A stretch of 64,000 nt of DNA from an uncultured Oscillospiraceae bacterium (GCA_902463265.1 CABQEV010000003.1:92242-156241), one strand, 5' to 3'; shown: positions 9,274-18,543, numbered from the stretch's first letter. The notes: generated from the letters alone by a model not told the origin. Made by a program: numbers and translations.

Positions 9274-10266
9274 ATGGCTGTGGATTTTGCCTGCGCATAC
9301 CTTGTTATAGGGATAACACGGGATATTGCGGACGCTGCGCTGCTGATGCTTGTGTACAATTTCTTTGCATTTGCGATGCAGATGCCGCTGGGGATAGCTT
9401 TTGATGCGGCTAACAGAAACGCTGTCGGTGCGGCTCTCGGCTGCATTGTTACGGCATCGGCGTACTTTTTCAGCGGAATTCCGATGGCAGCGGCTGTGAT
9501 CTGCGGTATCGGAAATGCGGCATTTCATCTCGGCGGCGGTATAGATGTGCTGAATTATTCGCAAAAGTCGTCATATTCGGGAGTTTTCGTTTCATCGGGT
9601 GCGATAGGTTTGTTTTTCGGCATAATGTGTGCAAAATCGGGCATGAACATCGCCCTTGCCATAATATCCGTTCTTGCGGCACTCGGTGTTGTCATCGTGC
9701 TTGTGAGAAAGAAGCTGTTCGGCACAATGGTATCTGAAAATGCGAAGTTTTCCGTTCCCGAAAAAAGTGCGGCGGTTTACGGCGCAGCGGCTTTGATTTT
9801 CATTGTCGTGCTGCTAAGAAGTCTTACCGGCTTCGGAATGTCGTTTCCTTGGAAGGTCGGAACGGGCGCACTTATTGCGGCTTTCTGTGCGGCGGGCGGA
9901 AAATGTCTCGGCGGATTTGCTTCTGACAGGTTCGGAGCAGAGAAAGCATCGGCGGCATCGCTTTGTGCGGCAGCGATTCTGTTCATTTTTTCGGACAATA
10001 TCATCTGCGGTGCAGCCGGGATCCTGCTTTTCAACATGACCATGCCTGTGACGCTCAGGAGGGCGGCTGATCTGTTCAATGGCTGCAAAGGCTTTTCATT
10101 CGGGCTTATGACATTCGGTCTTTTCTGCGGATTTATCCCGTGCTTTGCGGAAAAAAGCGGATTTTCGCTTGCTTACGGCGTGCTTGCGGCACTTTCGGTC
10201 GTTTCGGCGGTGCTGCTGGTTATTGCACTCAGAATATCCGATGGGGGAGATAAGTTACGGAAATAG
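9274..10266 (+). CDS. Multi-pass membrane protein (possible MFS-like; motif LGGFASDRFG); true start probably upstream at 9229
   Basis: ORF track 9274-10266; hydrophobic throughout. ATG 9274 has no RBS. A strong AAGGGGG RBS (9215-9221) sits 7 nt before an in-frame CTG at 9229 (see findings). Confidence 0.7.
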   Translation: MAVDFACAYLVIGITRDIADAALLMLVYNFFAFAMQMPLGIAFDAANRNAVGAALGCIVTASAYFFSGIPMAAAVICGIGNAAFHLGGGIDVLNYSQKSSYSGVFVSSGAIGLFFGIMCAKSGMNIALAIISVLAALGVVIVLVRKKLFGTMVSENAKFSVPEKSAAVYGAAALIFIVVLLRSLTGFGMSFPWKVGTGALIAAFCAAGGKCLGGFASDRFGAEKASAASLCAAAILFIFSDNIICGAAGILLFNMTMPVTLRRAADLFNGCKGFSFGLMTFGLFCGFIPCFAEKSGFSLAYGVLAALSVVSAVLLVIALRISDGGDKLRK

Positions 10267-10274
10267 CAATATCA

Positions 10275-10598
10275 ATGGGGATCTCATTTGTTCTGACGGT
10301 ACTGCTTGAGCTTATGATCGCAAAAATATTCCGTCTGAATGGCAGGGATATGATGCTGACTGTTGTTGCCAATTTATTAACAAATCCTGCGGTGAATGCT
10401 GTGTATTACATAGCTTCGGGTATATTTAACATTTTCGGGATATGGATAAAGCTGCCGCTTGAAGCAGCCGCAGTTATCGCAGAATGGCAGGTCTACAAGC
10501 ATTTCGGAGATAAGATAGATAAGCCGTTTATCCTGTCATTATCCGCAAACTGCTTTTCATTCACGGTAGGAATGATACTTAACATAATATTAATATAG
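10275..10598 (+). CDS. Small hypothetical membrane protein (107 aa, about 3 TM)
   Basis: ORF starts 8 nt after the preceding gene. Hydrophobic segments are visible; no recognisable family. Confidence 0.55.
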   Translation: MGISFVLTVLLELMIAKIFRLNGRDMMLTVVANLLTNPAVNAVYYIASGIFNIFGIWIKLPLEAAAVIAEWQVYKHFGDKIDKPFILSLSANCFSFTVGMILNIILI

Positions 10599-10612
10599 GG
10601 GGATATATTTAT

Positions 10613-11461
10613 ATGAAAAAGAAAATATTTGCGGGGCTGTTTGCAGCTTCGATACTTATCGCATCAACTGTCACGGCATCGGCAGACGTTATCTGGGAGC
10701 CGTATAACGACAGCTTTTACAACAAGTACCGTGATGATGCACAATTTTTTTACTATGCAAAGTCGTACATCTCCGACAATGACATTGACATCTACGATCA
10801 GCCGAACAAGAAGGTAATAGGCACTCTGAAAGCAGGAACACCCCAGCCTATACCCGTTATAATTGAATATAAGGGTTCGGACTGGGGTGCTTTTGATTAC
10901 AGCTGTGACGGCGAATATGTGGATGCATGGATATGTCTGGACGGAATGGCAACTGTCTACGACTCGGAGGATTTTACCAATGAGCACGCCGATGAAATAG
11001 TTCCGTACGAGGGCGATCCTGCTGTTGAAACGCCGACATCAGCGTTTTATATGTGGAAATATCCGGGAAGTCCGATAAAATATCAGGAGACCTATTACGG
11101 TGATGATGATAATTTTTCGGGTCATATCCAGAGCATCTACAAGGACGAGCATGGAACATGGGGATATATCGGCTATATGTACGGTCAGCAGAATGCGTGG
11201 GTGTTTATTGATGATATGTACAGTGCCGAGCCTGAGGCACTTTCCGACATAGTAAACGCTGAGACCGAATACTTGACTATTCCTGCGGAAACGTCCGATG
11301 CACCGCAGTCTGATGATGCGGAAGAAACATCTCCAGAAGCAGTGAATTCCCCTGAAATAAGGAATTCAGGCATATCGGGATATGTGATATGCGGTGTTAT
11401 AGCGGCTGCTGCGGTTGCTGTTTCGGCAGTTCTGCTCAGAATATTTGCAAAGAAAAAGTGA
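10613..11461 (+). CDS. Secreted hypothetical protein with C-terminal TM anchor
   Basis: Signal peptide MKKKIFAGLFAASILIASTVTASA|DV. An acidic Ser/Glu-rich linker is followed by a C-terminal helix GYVICGVIAAAAVAVSAVLLRIFAKKK. Confidence 0.7.
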   Translation: MKKKIFAGLFAASILIASTVTASADVIWEPYNDSFYNKYRDDAQFFYYAKSYISDNDIDIYDQPNKKVIGTLKAGTPQPIPVIIEYKGSDWGAFDYSCDGEYVDAWICLDGMATVYDSEDFTNEHADEIVPYEGDPAVETPTSAFYMWKYPGSPIKYQETYYGDDDNFSGHIQSIYKDEHGTWGYIGYMYGQQNAWVFIDDMYSAEPEALSDIVNAETEYLTIPAETSDAPQSDDAEETSPEAVNSPEIRNSGISGYVICGVIAAAAVAVSAVLLRIFAKKK

Positions 11462-11566
11462 ACAGGGCGGGTGCAAGCGTTATTGTAATGGTTGCACCCG
11501 CTTTTGAATATTATAATTTTTTATGCAGATAATAATGCGGATCTTTATGAAAATGGAGTGATCTGC

Positions 11567-12244
11567 ATGACAATAGTTTTTATCAGGGCGGCGATATTGT
11601 ATGCTGCCGTGATCGCAGCGGTCAGGCTTATGGGCAAGCGGCAGATAGGTGAGCTTCAGCCTTCAGAGCTTGCGATAACGATACTTATTTCAAATATAGC
11701 AACACTTCCCGTAGAGGATCCGACAATACCGCTTATTACGGGGCTTGTGCCGATATTTACGCTTGCGGCACTCGATGTTATCGTCGGGTACGTATCGCTC
11801 AACAGCTGGCGGCTTCGCCGGATATTGTGCGGAAAGCCCGTTATCGTAATAAGCGGCGGAGTTATCGACCAGCAGAAGCTGAAAGAACTGCGGTTTACGA
11901 TAGATGATCTGATGGAAGCACTGCGTTCCTACGGGATCTTTGACATAAGCGAGGTGCAGTTTGCCGTTGTTGAAACGACGGGTGCGCTTTCGGTCTATCA
12001 GAAAACGAAAAACCGACCTGCCGAAAAACAGGATCTCGGCATAGCCTCATCGCCTGATGATCCGCCTGTTATTGTGGTTCAGGACGGCGTTCTGATACCC
12101 GAAGCGCTGAAACGGTCGGCAATAGGCGAGGGGAGATTTTCGGGGATATTATCGAGTGAAAAGCTGAAAATATCCGATATTTTCATAATGTCGGTCGATG
12201 TCAGCGGGGGATACAGCATAATCAGGAAGGAGAAATGCCGATGA
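11567..12244 (+). CDS. DUF421 (YetF-like) membrane protein
   Basis: MTIVFIRAAILYAAVIAAVRLMGKRQIGELQPSELAITILISN is the hallmark N-terminus of the DUF421/YetF family. Start ATG 11567 has a GGAG RBS; the ORF-track start 11492 lacks one. Confidence 0.8.
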   Translation: MTIVFIRAAILYAAVIAAVRLMGKRQIGELQPSELAITILISNIATLPVEDPTIPLITGLVPIFTLAALDVIVGYVSLNSWRLRRILCGKPVIVISGGVIDQQKLKELRFTIDDLMEALRSYGIFDISEVQFAVVETTGALSVYQKTKNRPAEKQDLGIASSPDDPPVIVVQDGVLIPEALKRSAIGEGRFSGILSSEKLKISDIFIMSVDVSGGYSIIRKEKCR

Positions 12245-12618
12245 AGAGGCTTGTTTTGTGCATAAGTCTGCTGATGCTGATAGGTGCGTCATCGGTGATC
12301 TCACTGAATTCGCTGAAAAACAGGACGCTCTATTTTTCGGAGAATATCTCGCAGATATATTCGCTCTATACCGATGAAAAGTATGACGAGGCATCAGCAA
12401 AAACAAAGAAGCTGTACACAGAATGGATAGATTTCTGCGATACAGCTTCTGTAATGGTCGATCTGGACAGGCTGGAAGAGATAAACAGTTCATTTGCCAA
12501 GCTGATGCCGTATATTTCCGTTCAGTCGGATGAAACTGAGGCAGAGCTTTCAAGCCTTTCAAAGCGTATAAACCGCTTATATGATGCCGAAAAGCCTACA
12601 TGGTTCAACATTTTTTAA
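12235..12618 (+). CDS. DUF4363-like small membrane-anchored protein (tentative)
   Basis: Overlaps the DUF421 gene by 10 nt. 127 aa with an N-terminal TM. The DUF421/DUF4363 pairing is common in spore-forming Firmicutes; the family call comes from context and general pattern only. Confidence 0.55.
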   Translation: MPMKRLVLCISLLMLIGASSVISLNSLKNRTLYFSENISQIYSLYTDEKYDEASAKTKKLYTEWIDFCDTASVMVDLDRLEEINSSFAKLMPYISVQSDETEAELSSLSKRINRLYDAEKPTWFNIF

Positions 12619-13810
12619 GGTCAACGCAGACTATTATCATCTCGCCCTTTTTATTGTAGAATTTCGAGGATATTGTCTTGCAGGACATACCAGTTGCGGC
12701 GGAAATATACCAGCCTGAGATGAACGGATCCTCGATTTGCTCTTTTATTGCATAGAAATAGTTCTTGATGCTGTGATTGTCGCCCGGAACGGCAGGACGG
12801 AATCCCGCAAGTATCTTCTGATCCGGATGCATGACCGTATCGGTTATCTGATCGCCGTTCATATCAATGAGAAAAGCTGTTTCAAGCTCGTTATGCTCGT
12901 TCATGTACGATACAAGCTCACTGTTGTAATCCTCGCTTTCCGAACAGCTTAAACGGTTCACAAGATCGTAGATTATGCGCTTGTATGTTTCGATCTGCAT
13001 AGTAACGACAGCAGGGTTTTTCTTGATGCTGATGTTCAGCTTCTGCGCTGCGGATTCGAGAAGTATGCGTGTATTGTTGGAGAAAAGCGTGTTGAATTTG
13101 TCGGGACGTGAGAAGTAATATCCCTGGAAATAGTCAACGCCCATAAGCATACAGGTTATGACTTCATCGACAGTCTCAACGCCCTCAGCGACAGTCAGTG
13201 CACCGCACTGCTTTGCGGTATTCACAATAGATTTGAACACTTCCTGATTGTAGTTGTTTGACTCAATGCCCGTAACTATCATGCGGTCGATCTTGATTAT
13301 ATCGGGGTTGACCAGACGTATCCTGTTGAGCGTTTCAAATCCCGAACCAACGTTGTCAAGAGCGATGAGAAATCCTCTGCTTCGGTAAAAATCAACGAAT
13401 TTCATGAGATTGTCGTTGTCCTTTACCTGAGATTCGTTCAGCTCTATGACGATGTTGCTGCTGTGGAGATGGTTCTCCTCGGCAGTTCTGAGTATCTCGC
13501 CCGTACCCGAAATAACTTCATTCAGGACAGATGTCTCGAAATTTATGAACAGCATAGCGTCGCTGCTCTGGCTGGAAAATGCACGCATTGCTTTTTCACG
13601 GCAGAGCCTGTCAAGCTTTAGCACTGAGCCGTTTTCCCTTGCGTATGTGAACAGGAAATAAGGGGAGATCACCTGACCGTCGTAAACTCCGCGGCTCAGC
13701 GCTTCCATTCCTATGACTTTTTTTGTGTTTAGACTGAATATCGGCTGGAAATCGACATAGATATCTCCCGTGTCGATGACTGTTTCGATCATTTGATTGG
13801 TAATATTCAT
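12605..13810 (-). CDS. EAL-domain protein with C-terminal PAS/Cache-like domain (YkuI-like architecture)
   Basis: FQPIF...GMEALSRG, IELNES, LDNVGSG, IKIDR, AEGVET and FQGYYFSRP are EAL-domain motifs in order. About 140 C-terminal residues form a separate sensor-like domain. No TM. Confidence 0.85.
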   Translation of the reverse strand: MNITNQMIETVIDTGDIYVDFQPIFSLNTKKVIGMEALSRGVYDGQVISPYFLFTYARENGSVLKLDRLCREKAMRAFSSQSSDAMLFINFETSVLNEVISGTGEILRTAEENHLHSSNIVIELNESQVKDNDNLMKFVDFYRSRGFLIALDNVGSGFETLNRIRLVNPDIIKIDRMIVTGIESNNYNQEVFKSIVNTAKQCGALTVAEGVETVDEVITCMLMGVDYFQGYYFSRPDKFNTLFSNNTRILLESAAQKLNISIKKNPAVVTMQIETYKRIIYDLVNRLSCSESEDYNSELVSYMNEHNELETAFLIDMNGDQITDTVMHPDQKILAGFRPAVPGDNHSIKNYFYAIKEQIEDPFISGWYISAATGMSCKTISSKFYNKKGEMIIVCVDLKKC

Positions 13811-13856
13811 TATAAATTAAGTTCTCCCGTAAGAATTTCGGCGGGATACACAAATG

Positions 13857-14210
13857 TTATCCGTTAAAATTGTCTATCCTCTCTGTTACGGCATTGTAGA
13901 TGTCATAAAGCTTCTGCACGCTGTTTTCGAGAAAATAGTAGTGTGCGATATATGGCACAAGAAGCACGAGAATCAGCAGGGTAAGCAGCAGAAAGGCAGG
14001 TATAGCGGCAGACACCGCTATACCCAGCGAAATAAAAAGCAATATTGCAAACAATACCGTCACTATCAGGTGGATCAGCCGTTCATGCTGCATAAAGCCT
14101 ATCTGAACAAGCATCTCTGATCTGATCTTTTTCAGTTCATCGGCTGAAAGACTGCTGTCTGCCTGAACATCCTCAAGATATTTCAGATAGATCGTGAGAT
14201 ATTTTTTCAT
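13857..14210 (-). CDS. Hypothetical two-TM membrane protein
   Basis: 117-aa ORF starting 3 nt downstream of the preceding gene's stop. Two clear hydrophobic helices. Confidence 0.6.
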   Translation of the reverse strand: MKKYLTIYLKYLEDVQADSSLSADELKKIRSEMLVQIGFMQHERLIHLIVTVLFAILLFISLGIAVSAAIPAFLLLTLLILVLLVPYIAHYYFLENSVQKLYDIYNAVTERIDNFNG

Positions 14211-14213
14211 AGC

Positions 14214-14822
14214 TTACGAACGCTCTTTTATCTCAATAAGCTTGGAAAGCATCTCAACGCATTCCTCGGAGGAAATGAAGCTGCTGTCCAGTGAGATATG
14301 GTAATTTGAGATAGAACCCCACTTGCGGCTTGCGTAGAAGTTGTAATATGCCGCCCTCTGCTTATCCTGCCTGAGGATATATTCCTCTGCCTTCTTTGCG
14401 GGGATCTTGTAAACATTGATCGCACGGTCAAGGCGGGCATCCATCGAAGCATGGATAAATACGTTTATGACGTTGTTCTTATCCTTCAGCGCATAGTCAG
14501 CACATCTTCCGACAATAACGCACGGACCTTCGGAAGCGATTCTTCTTATCGCCTCGAACTGTGCCAGGAAAAGCTGGTGGTTGAAGGGGAGAGAATCCTG
14601 TGAATATGTGGTCGAAAGCATGTAAAGCAGGCTGTTTACAGGCTTTTCGTCATTTTCTGCAAAGAACTGTTCAGCGATGCCGCTGTGTTCGGATGCAACC
14701 TTCAGAAGTTCATTGTCATAGAAAGGAATATCATATTTTTCTGCGAGCAATTTGCCAATCTCACGTCCTCCGCTTCCGTACTGACGTCCAATAGTAATAA
14801 CTGATTTCATAGCTGTAATCAA
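14214..14822 (-). CDS. Cytidylate kinase-like family protein (P-loop NTPase)
   Basis: VITIGRQYGSGGREIGKLLAEKYDIPFYDNELL is the typical N-terminus of the cytidylate-kinase-like family. Confidence 0.8.
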   Translation of the reverse strand: MITAMKSVITIGRQYGSGGREIGKLLAEKYDIPFYDNELLKVASEHSGIAEQFFAENDEKPVNSLLYMLSTTYSQDSLPFNHQLFLAQFEAIRRIASEGPCVIVGRCADYALKDKNNVINVFIHASMDARLDRAINVYKIPAKKAEEYILRQDKQRAAYYNFYASRKWGSISNYHISLDSSFISSEECVEMLSKLIEIKERS

Positions 14823-15071
14823 TCCTTTCCGGGTAAATTTCCGATGCGATGCGGGCAGTGTAAGAATAACATATGAACATTTATATATTTATCCTGTACA
14901 TTGTCATCTTATCGGCTTACTATTATAATAATATCACAATTATCAGAAAAAATCAAGCGTGTTTTTTATTAAATAGCTATAAGTTTTTTTGTGGATTTTC
15001 TCTTGCGTTTTTTCTTAAAGTATGTAATAATAAATGTGTGTGTTATTGACATAAAAGGGAAAGGATAAAGT

Positions 15072-15974
15072 ATGAATTTTATTGTAAACATTTTAAAGGG
15101 TGCTGCGATAGGAATTGCAAACGCTGTTCCGGGAGTAAGCGGCGGAACGCTTGCTGTCATTCTGAAAATATATGACAAGCTTCTCGGTGCGATCGACCTT
15201 AATATCAAAAAGATCAAGGAAAATTTCGGCTTTCTTGTATCCGTTGTGATCGGAATGGGCATAGGCATAATCCTTACTTCAAAGGTGCTGTCATTCCTGT
15301 TTGAAAATTACAATAAGCCGACGCAGTTTTTCTTTATCGGGATCATTCTCGGAAGCATGCCGATGATCTACCGTGAAACCGTAAAGGAGCGCAAGCTCAG
15401 GACGCTGAACATTATCCCGTTTATATGCGGATTTGCGGGAATGCTGGCATTTACGATGCTTACAAAGGATACGCTGGGTGCTGGAGTGAGCATGGAAATG
15501 TCTGTCGGATATGTCATCTATCTGGTATTTGCGGGATTTATCGCCGCTGTTGCAATGGTCCTTCCCGGACTCAGCGGATCAATGGTAATGAAGGTTTTAG
15601 GTGCATACGACACTGTTATATCAAATATCGACATCTTCACATCTGCAAGCGTTACAATGAGCGAGCGCATTTCTGCTTTCCGGATACTCGTTCCTGCGGG
15701 AATAGGTATCGCTGCGGGAATTTTTGCGGCTGCCAAGATCATTTCGCTGCTTCTGAAAAAGTTCCGTCAGGGAACATACTGCGTTATTGCGGGACTTATG
15801 ATCGGTTCGCTTTATGCTGTGTACATCAACGCATATCCGTCTCCCGAAAGATTTACATTTAACGGAGATGGCGTCATTGCCGTTATCGTGATGATCGTCG
15901 GCGCAGCAATACCGATCCTTATGGAGCTTCCGTCAATGAAGAAAAAGGAGATCTCCGAAGCTGAAAATGCATAA
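15072..15974 (+). CDS. DUF368 family membrane protein (family implicated in undecaprenyl-phosphate recycling)
   Basis: Hallmark ANAVPGVSGGTLAVIL near the N-terminus, with a second internal repeat LPGLSGSMVMKVLG. 300 aa, polytopic. Confidence 0.85.
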   Translation: MNFIVNILKGAAIGIANAVPGVSGGTLAVILKIYDKLLGAIDLNIKKIKENFGFLVSVVIGMGIGIILTSKVLSFLFENYNKPTQFFFIGIILGSMPMIYRETVKERKLRTLNIIPFICGFAGMLAFTMLTKDTLGAGVSMEMSVGYVIYLVFAGFIAAVAMVLPGLSGSMVMKVLGAYDTVISNIDIFTSASVTMSERISAFRILVPAGIGIAAGIFAAAKIISLLLKKFRQGTYCVIAGLMIGSLYAVYINAYPSPERFTFNGDGVIAVIVMIVGAAIPILMELPSMKKKEISEAENA

Positions 15975-15990
15975 TACTGAGTGATATGAT

Positions 15991-16036
15991 CCCCTTACCC
16001 TGAACCTTGAATTGATCGGCGGTAAGGGGATTTTTT
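15991..16036 (+). terminator. Intrinsic terminator after the DUF368 gene
   Basis: CCCCTTACC (15991-15999) pairs with GGTAAGGGG (16021-16029), followed by T6. Confidence 0.6.
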
Positions 16037-16038
16037 GC

Positions 16039-16067
16039 TTGACATCGGCGGGATTATAGTGTATAAT
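16039..16067 (+). promoter_or_regulatory. Sigma-A promoter of zupT
   Basis: TTGACA (16039-16044), 17-nt spacer, TATAAT (16062-16067). Confidence 0.65.
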
Positions 16068-16139
16068 CAAAGTATACAAAAGCTGCACCGCAGAAGCGGT
16101 GTTTTTAAAACAATGTCAGTTAGCTATTGCTAACCAAAA

Positions 16140-16961
16140 ATGGAGGCGGATATATTGAACAACATATTTACAGCATTTCTTATGACACTGATAGCGGGAC
16201 TCAGCACGGGAATAGGCAGCTGCATAGCGTTTTTTGCAAACCATACAAATAAAAAATTCCTGTCGGTAAGCCTTGGCTTTTCCGCAGGAGTTATGATCTA
16301 TGTTTCGATGATAGAAATATTTTTTACAGCACAGGATATGCTTACCGCAGAGGTCGGCGAAAAGTGCGGAAAATGGCTGACGGTCATAGCATTTTTCGGC
16401 GGGATCCTGCTTATTGCGGTCATTGACAAGCTTATACCGTCCGAAGAAAATCCGCATGAGGTGCGTTCGGTCGAAGATGAAGCGGAGGATCCCGAAAAAA
16501 CTCAGAACAGAAAGCTTATGCGCATGGGACTGCTGACGGCGCTTGCAATAGGTATTCACAATTTTCCCGAGGGACTTGCGACGTTTGTTTCGGCGATGCA
16601 GCAGCCAAGCGTTGCGATACCGATTGCTGCGGCGATAGCTATACACAATATCCCCGAGGGAATAGCGGTTTCTGTGCCTGTCTATCAGGCGACAGGCTCG
16701 AAGATCAAGGCGTTCCGCTGCTCGTTCCTTTCCGGACTTGCCGAGCCTGCGGGTGCGCTGATCGGCTGGCTCGTGCTTATGCCGATCATGAATGATGTTG
16801 TTTACGGCATGATATTTGCGGCGGTTGCGGGGATAATGGTGTTTATTTCCTTTGACGAGCTTCTGCCCGCCGCACGTGAATACGGCGAACATCATCTGTC
16901 GATATACGGTCTGATCTCGGGAATGGCGGTAATGGCTGTCAGCCTGCTGCTTTTCCTTTGA
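16140..16961 (+). CDS. zupT: ZIP-family zinc transporter ZupT
   Basis: ZIP signatures HNFPEGLA and HNIPEGIAV, with a His/Glu/Asp-rich cytoplasmic loop. The start may be TTG 16155 (GGAGG RBS 8 nt upstream) rather than ATG 16140, which has no RBS. Confidence 0.85.
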   Translation: MEADILNNIFTAFLMTLIAGLSTGIGSCIAFFANHTNKKFLSVSLGFSAGVMIYVSMIEIFFTAQDMLTAEVGEKCGKWLTVIAFFGGILLIAVIDKLIPSEENPHEVRSVEDEAEDPEKTQNRKLMRMGLLTALAIGIHNFPEGLATFVSAMQQPSVAIPIAAAIAIHNIPEGIAVSVPVYQATGSKIKAFRCSFLSGLAEPAGALIGWLVLMPIMNDVVYGMIFAAVAGIMVFISFDELLPAAREYGEHHLSIYGLISGMAVMAVSLLLFL

Positions 16962-17789
16962 TTATTCGTTTATTATGCGGTAGATGTCGCTTTTCCTGAA
17001 GCCTGTCTGCTTTGCGGCTTCCTTGCAGGCATCGGACGGCTTCATTCCCTCGGAAATAAGCTTTCTTGCGATATCTGCCGCATCATTTTCCGTCAGTCCT
17101 TCGGCAACGGCGGGGGGGGTATATCCCTCAACGATAAGCACGAATTCTCCCTTGGGATTGACATCTTTGTAATATTTCACGGCTTCGGAAAGCGTTGTTC
17201 TTATGACTTCTTCATAAACCTTTGTAAGCTCGCGGCATATAGATATCTTTCTGTCTCCGAGGTATTTCAGCATATCCTCAAGAGTGGTTTTCAGCTTATG
17301 CGGAGCTTCGTAAAATATCAGCGTGTGTGTGTCCTTGGCAACGGATTCAAGATGCACATAACGCTGTTTTTTTGCAACAGAGAGAAATCCCTCAAATGCA
17401 AATCTCGATGTTGAAAGTGCGCTGACAGCAAGTGCCGATGCAGCTGCAACAGGACCCGGGACAACGCATACTTCAATGCCTCTTTCCGCACACATTTTAA
17501 CAAGATCCTCTCCCGGGTCGGAGATGCAGGGCATTCCCGCATCGGTTACAACAGCGCAGTTTTCGCCCGCCGATATCCTGTCAACGATGCTTTCGGAAAC
17601 GGTTCTTGCCGAATGCTCATGATAGCTTACCATTGGCTTTTTTATTTCGAGATGGTTCAGCAGCTTCAATGTCACTCTTGTGTCCTCTGCGCAGATGAAA
17701 TCGACCTCGCCCAGTATTCTTGCGGCACGGAATGTTATGTCCTCAAGATTTCCGATAGGTGTGCCGACAACGTAAAGCTTTCCGCTCAT
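16962..17789 (-). CDS. rsmI: 16S rRNA (cytidine1402-2'-O)-methyltransferase
   Basis: KLYVVGTPIGNLEDITFRAARILGEVDFICAEDTR is the typical RsmI N-terminus. 275 aa. Confidence 0.9.
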   Translation of the reverse strand: MSGKLYVVGTPIGNLEDITFRAARILGEVDFICAEDTRVTLKLLNHLEIKKPMVSYHEHSARTVSESIVDRISAGENCAVVTDAGMPCISDPGEDLVKMCAERGIEVCVVPGPVAAASALAVSALSTSRFAFEGFLSVAKKQRYVHLESVAKDTHTLIFYEAPHKLKTTLEDMLKYLGDRKISICRELTKVYEEVIRTTLSEAVKYYKDVNPKGEFVLIVEGYTPPAVAEGLTENDAADIARKLISEGMKPSDACKEAAKQTGFRKSDIYRIINE

Positions 17790-18532
17790 GAGTTTTCCTC
17801 CTGTCCGTAAATTTTCATAAGTTCATCGGAAAATCCGCCGCCCTCGGTTATGTAAAGCTGCGGAAGCACCTTCATGAACGGCTTTGAGCCTTTTTTGCCC
17901 TCGATAAGGAACAGCCATGGCGCATCTGACGGGGTTTTCGAAACAAATCTCAGGGTTTTGGGCTCGATATGGTTTTTCTGCATTGCCGAGATAACGTCCG
18001 CAAGCCGTTCTGGACGGTTGCAGAGGCACAGCTTTCCGCCGAATTTCAGCAGCCTGTCCGCAGCACGGCAGACATCGTTTATGTTGCAGAGTATCTCATG
18101 ACGAGCGATCTTCTGCGCAGTCATTTCGCTTTCAATGCCGCATTTTGCAGCTTTGTACGGCGGATTGCAGGTCACAGCGTCAAGCTGACCCATGGGTGCG
18201 TCCTTCCACAGTTCTTTGAGGTCGGCGCATATAGGCACAAGCTTTGAGAGATCGGCAGTGCATTCGGAATTACCTATCGATCGTTCGATAGATAAATTCA
18301 GCTGTTCGATAGCCTGCGGCTGGATATCCACACAGAATATTTCCTTCGGTTCAAATTTTATTTCCATGAGCATCGGGATTATGCCGCAGCCCGTGCCGAG
18401 GTCGCATACTCTGTCCTTTCTGCGCAGATCGGCAAAATCTGCGAGAAGAAAAGCGTCCGTACCGAAGCGGTGTTCCTTTGTTACGCATATCTCAATGCCT
18501 TTTTTCAGTTTTTCATATTTCTGATCAGTCAT
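17786..18532 (-). CDS. SAM-dependent methyltransferase, tRNA1(Val) m6A37 methyltransferase-like (YfiC/YabB type)
   Basis: DLGTGCGIIP (SAM-binding loop) and NPPY motif. The start is set to ATG 18532, which has an AAAGGA RBS and avoids overlap with trkH. It overlaps rsmI by 4 nt. Confidence 0.8.
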   Translation of the reverse strand: MTDQKYEKLKKGIEICVTKEHRFGTDAFLLADFADLRRKDRVCDLGTGCGIIPMLMEIKFEPKEIFCVDIQPQAIEQLNLSIERSIGNSECTADLSKLVPICADLKELWKDAPMGQLDAVTCNPPYKAAKCGIESEMTAQKIARHEILCNINDVCRAADRLLKFGGKLCLCNRPERLADVISAMQKNHIEPKTLRFVSKTPSDAPWLFLIEGKKGSKPFMKVLPQLYITEGGGFSDELMKIYGQEENS

Positions 18533-18543
18533 AAAAAATTCCT

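Noticed and set aside
13854-14120. 88-aa plus-strand ORF rich in Lys, Gln, His and Tyr.
   Set aside because: It is antisense to a plausible two-TM protein gene that is tightly packed (3-nt gap) with the upstream cytidylate-kinase-like gene. It has no RBS.
17112-17119. G8 homopolymer inside rsmI, considered as a possible slipped-strand switch.
   Set aside because: The reading frame is intact across it (codes ...YTPPAVAEG...). The gene is a housekeeping methyltransferase, and nothing suggests an alternative frame product.
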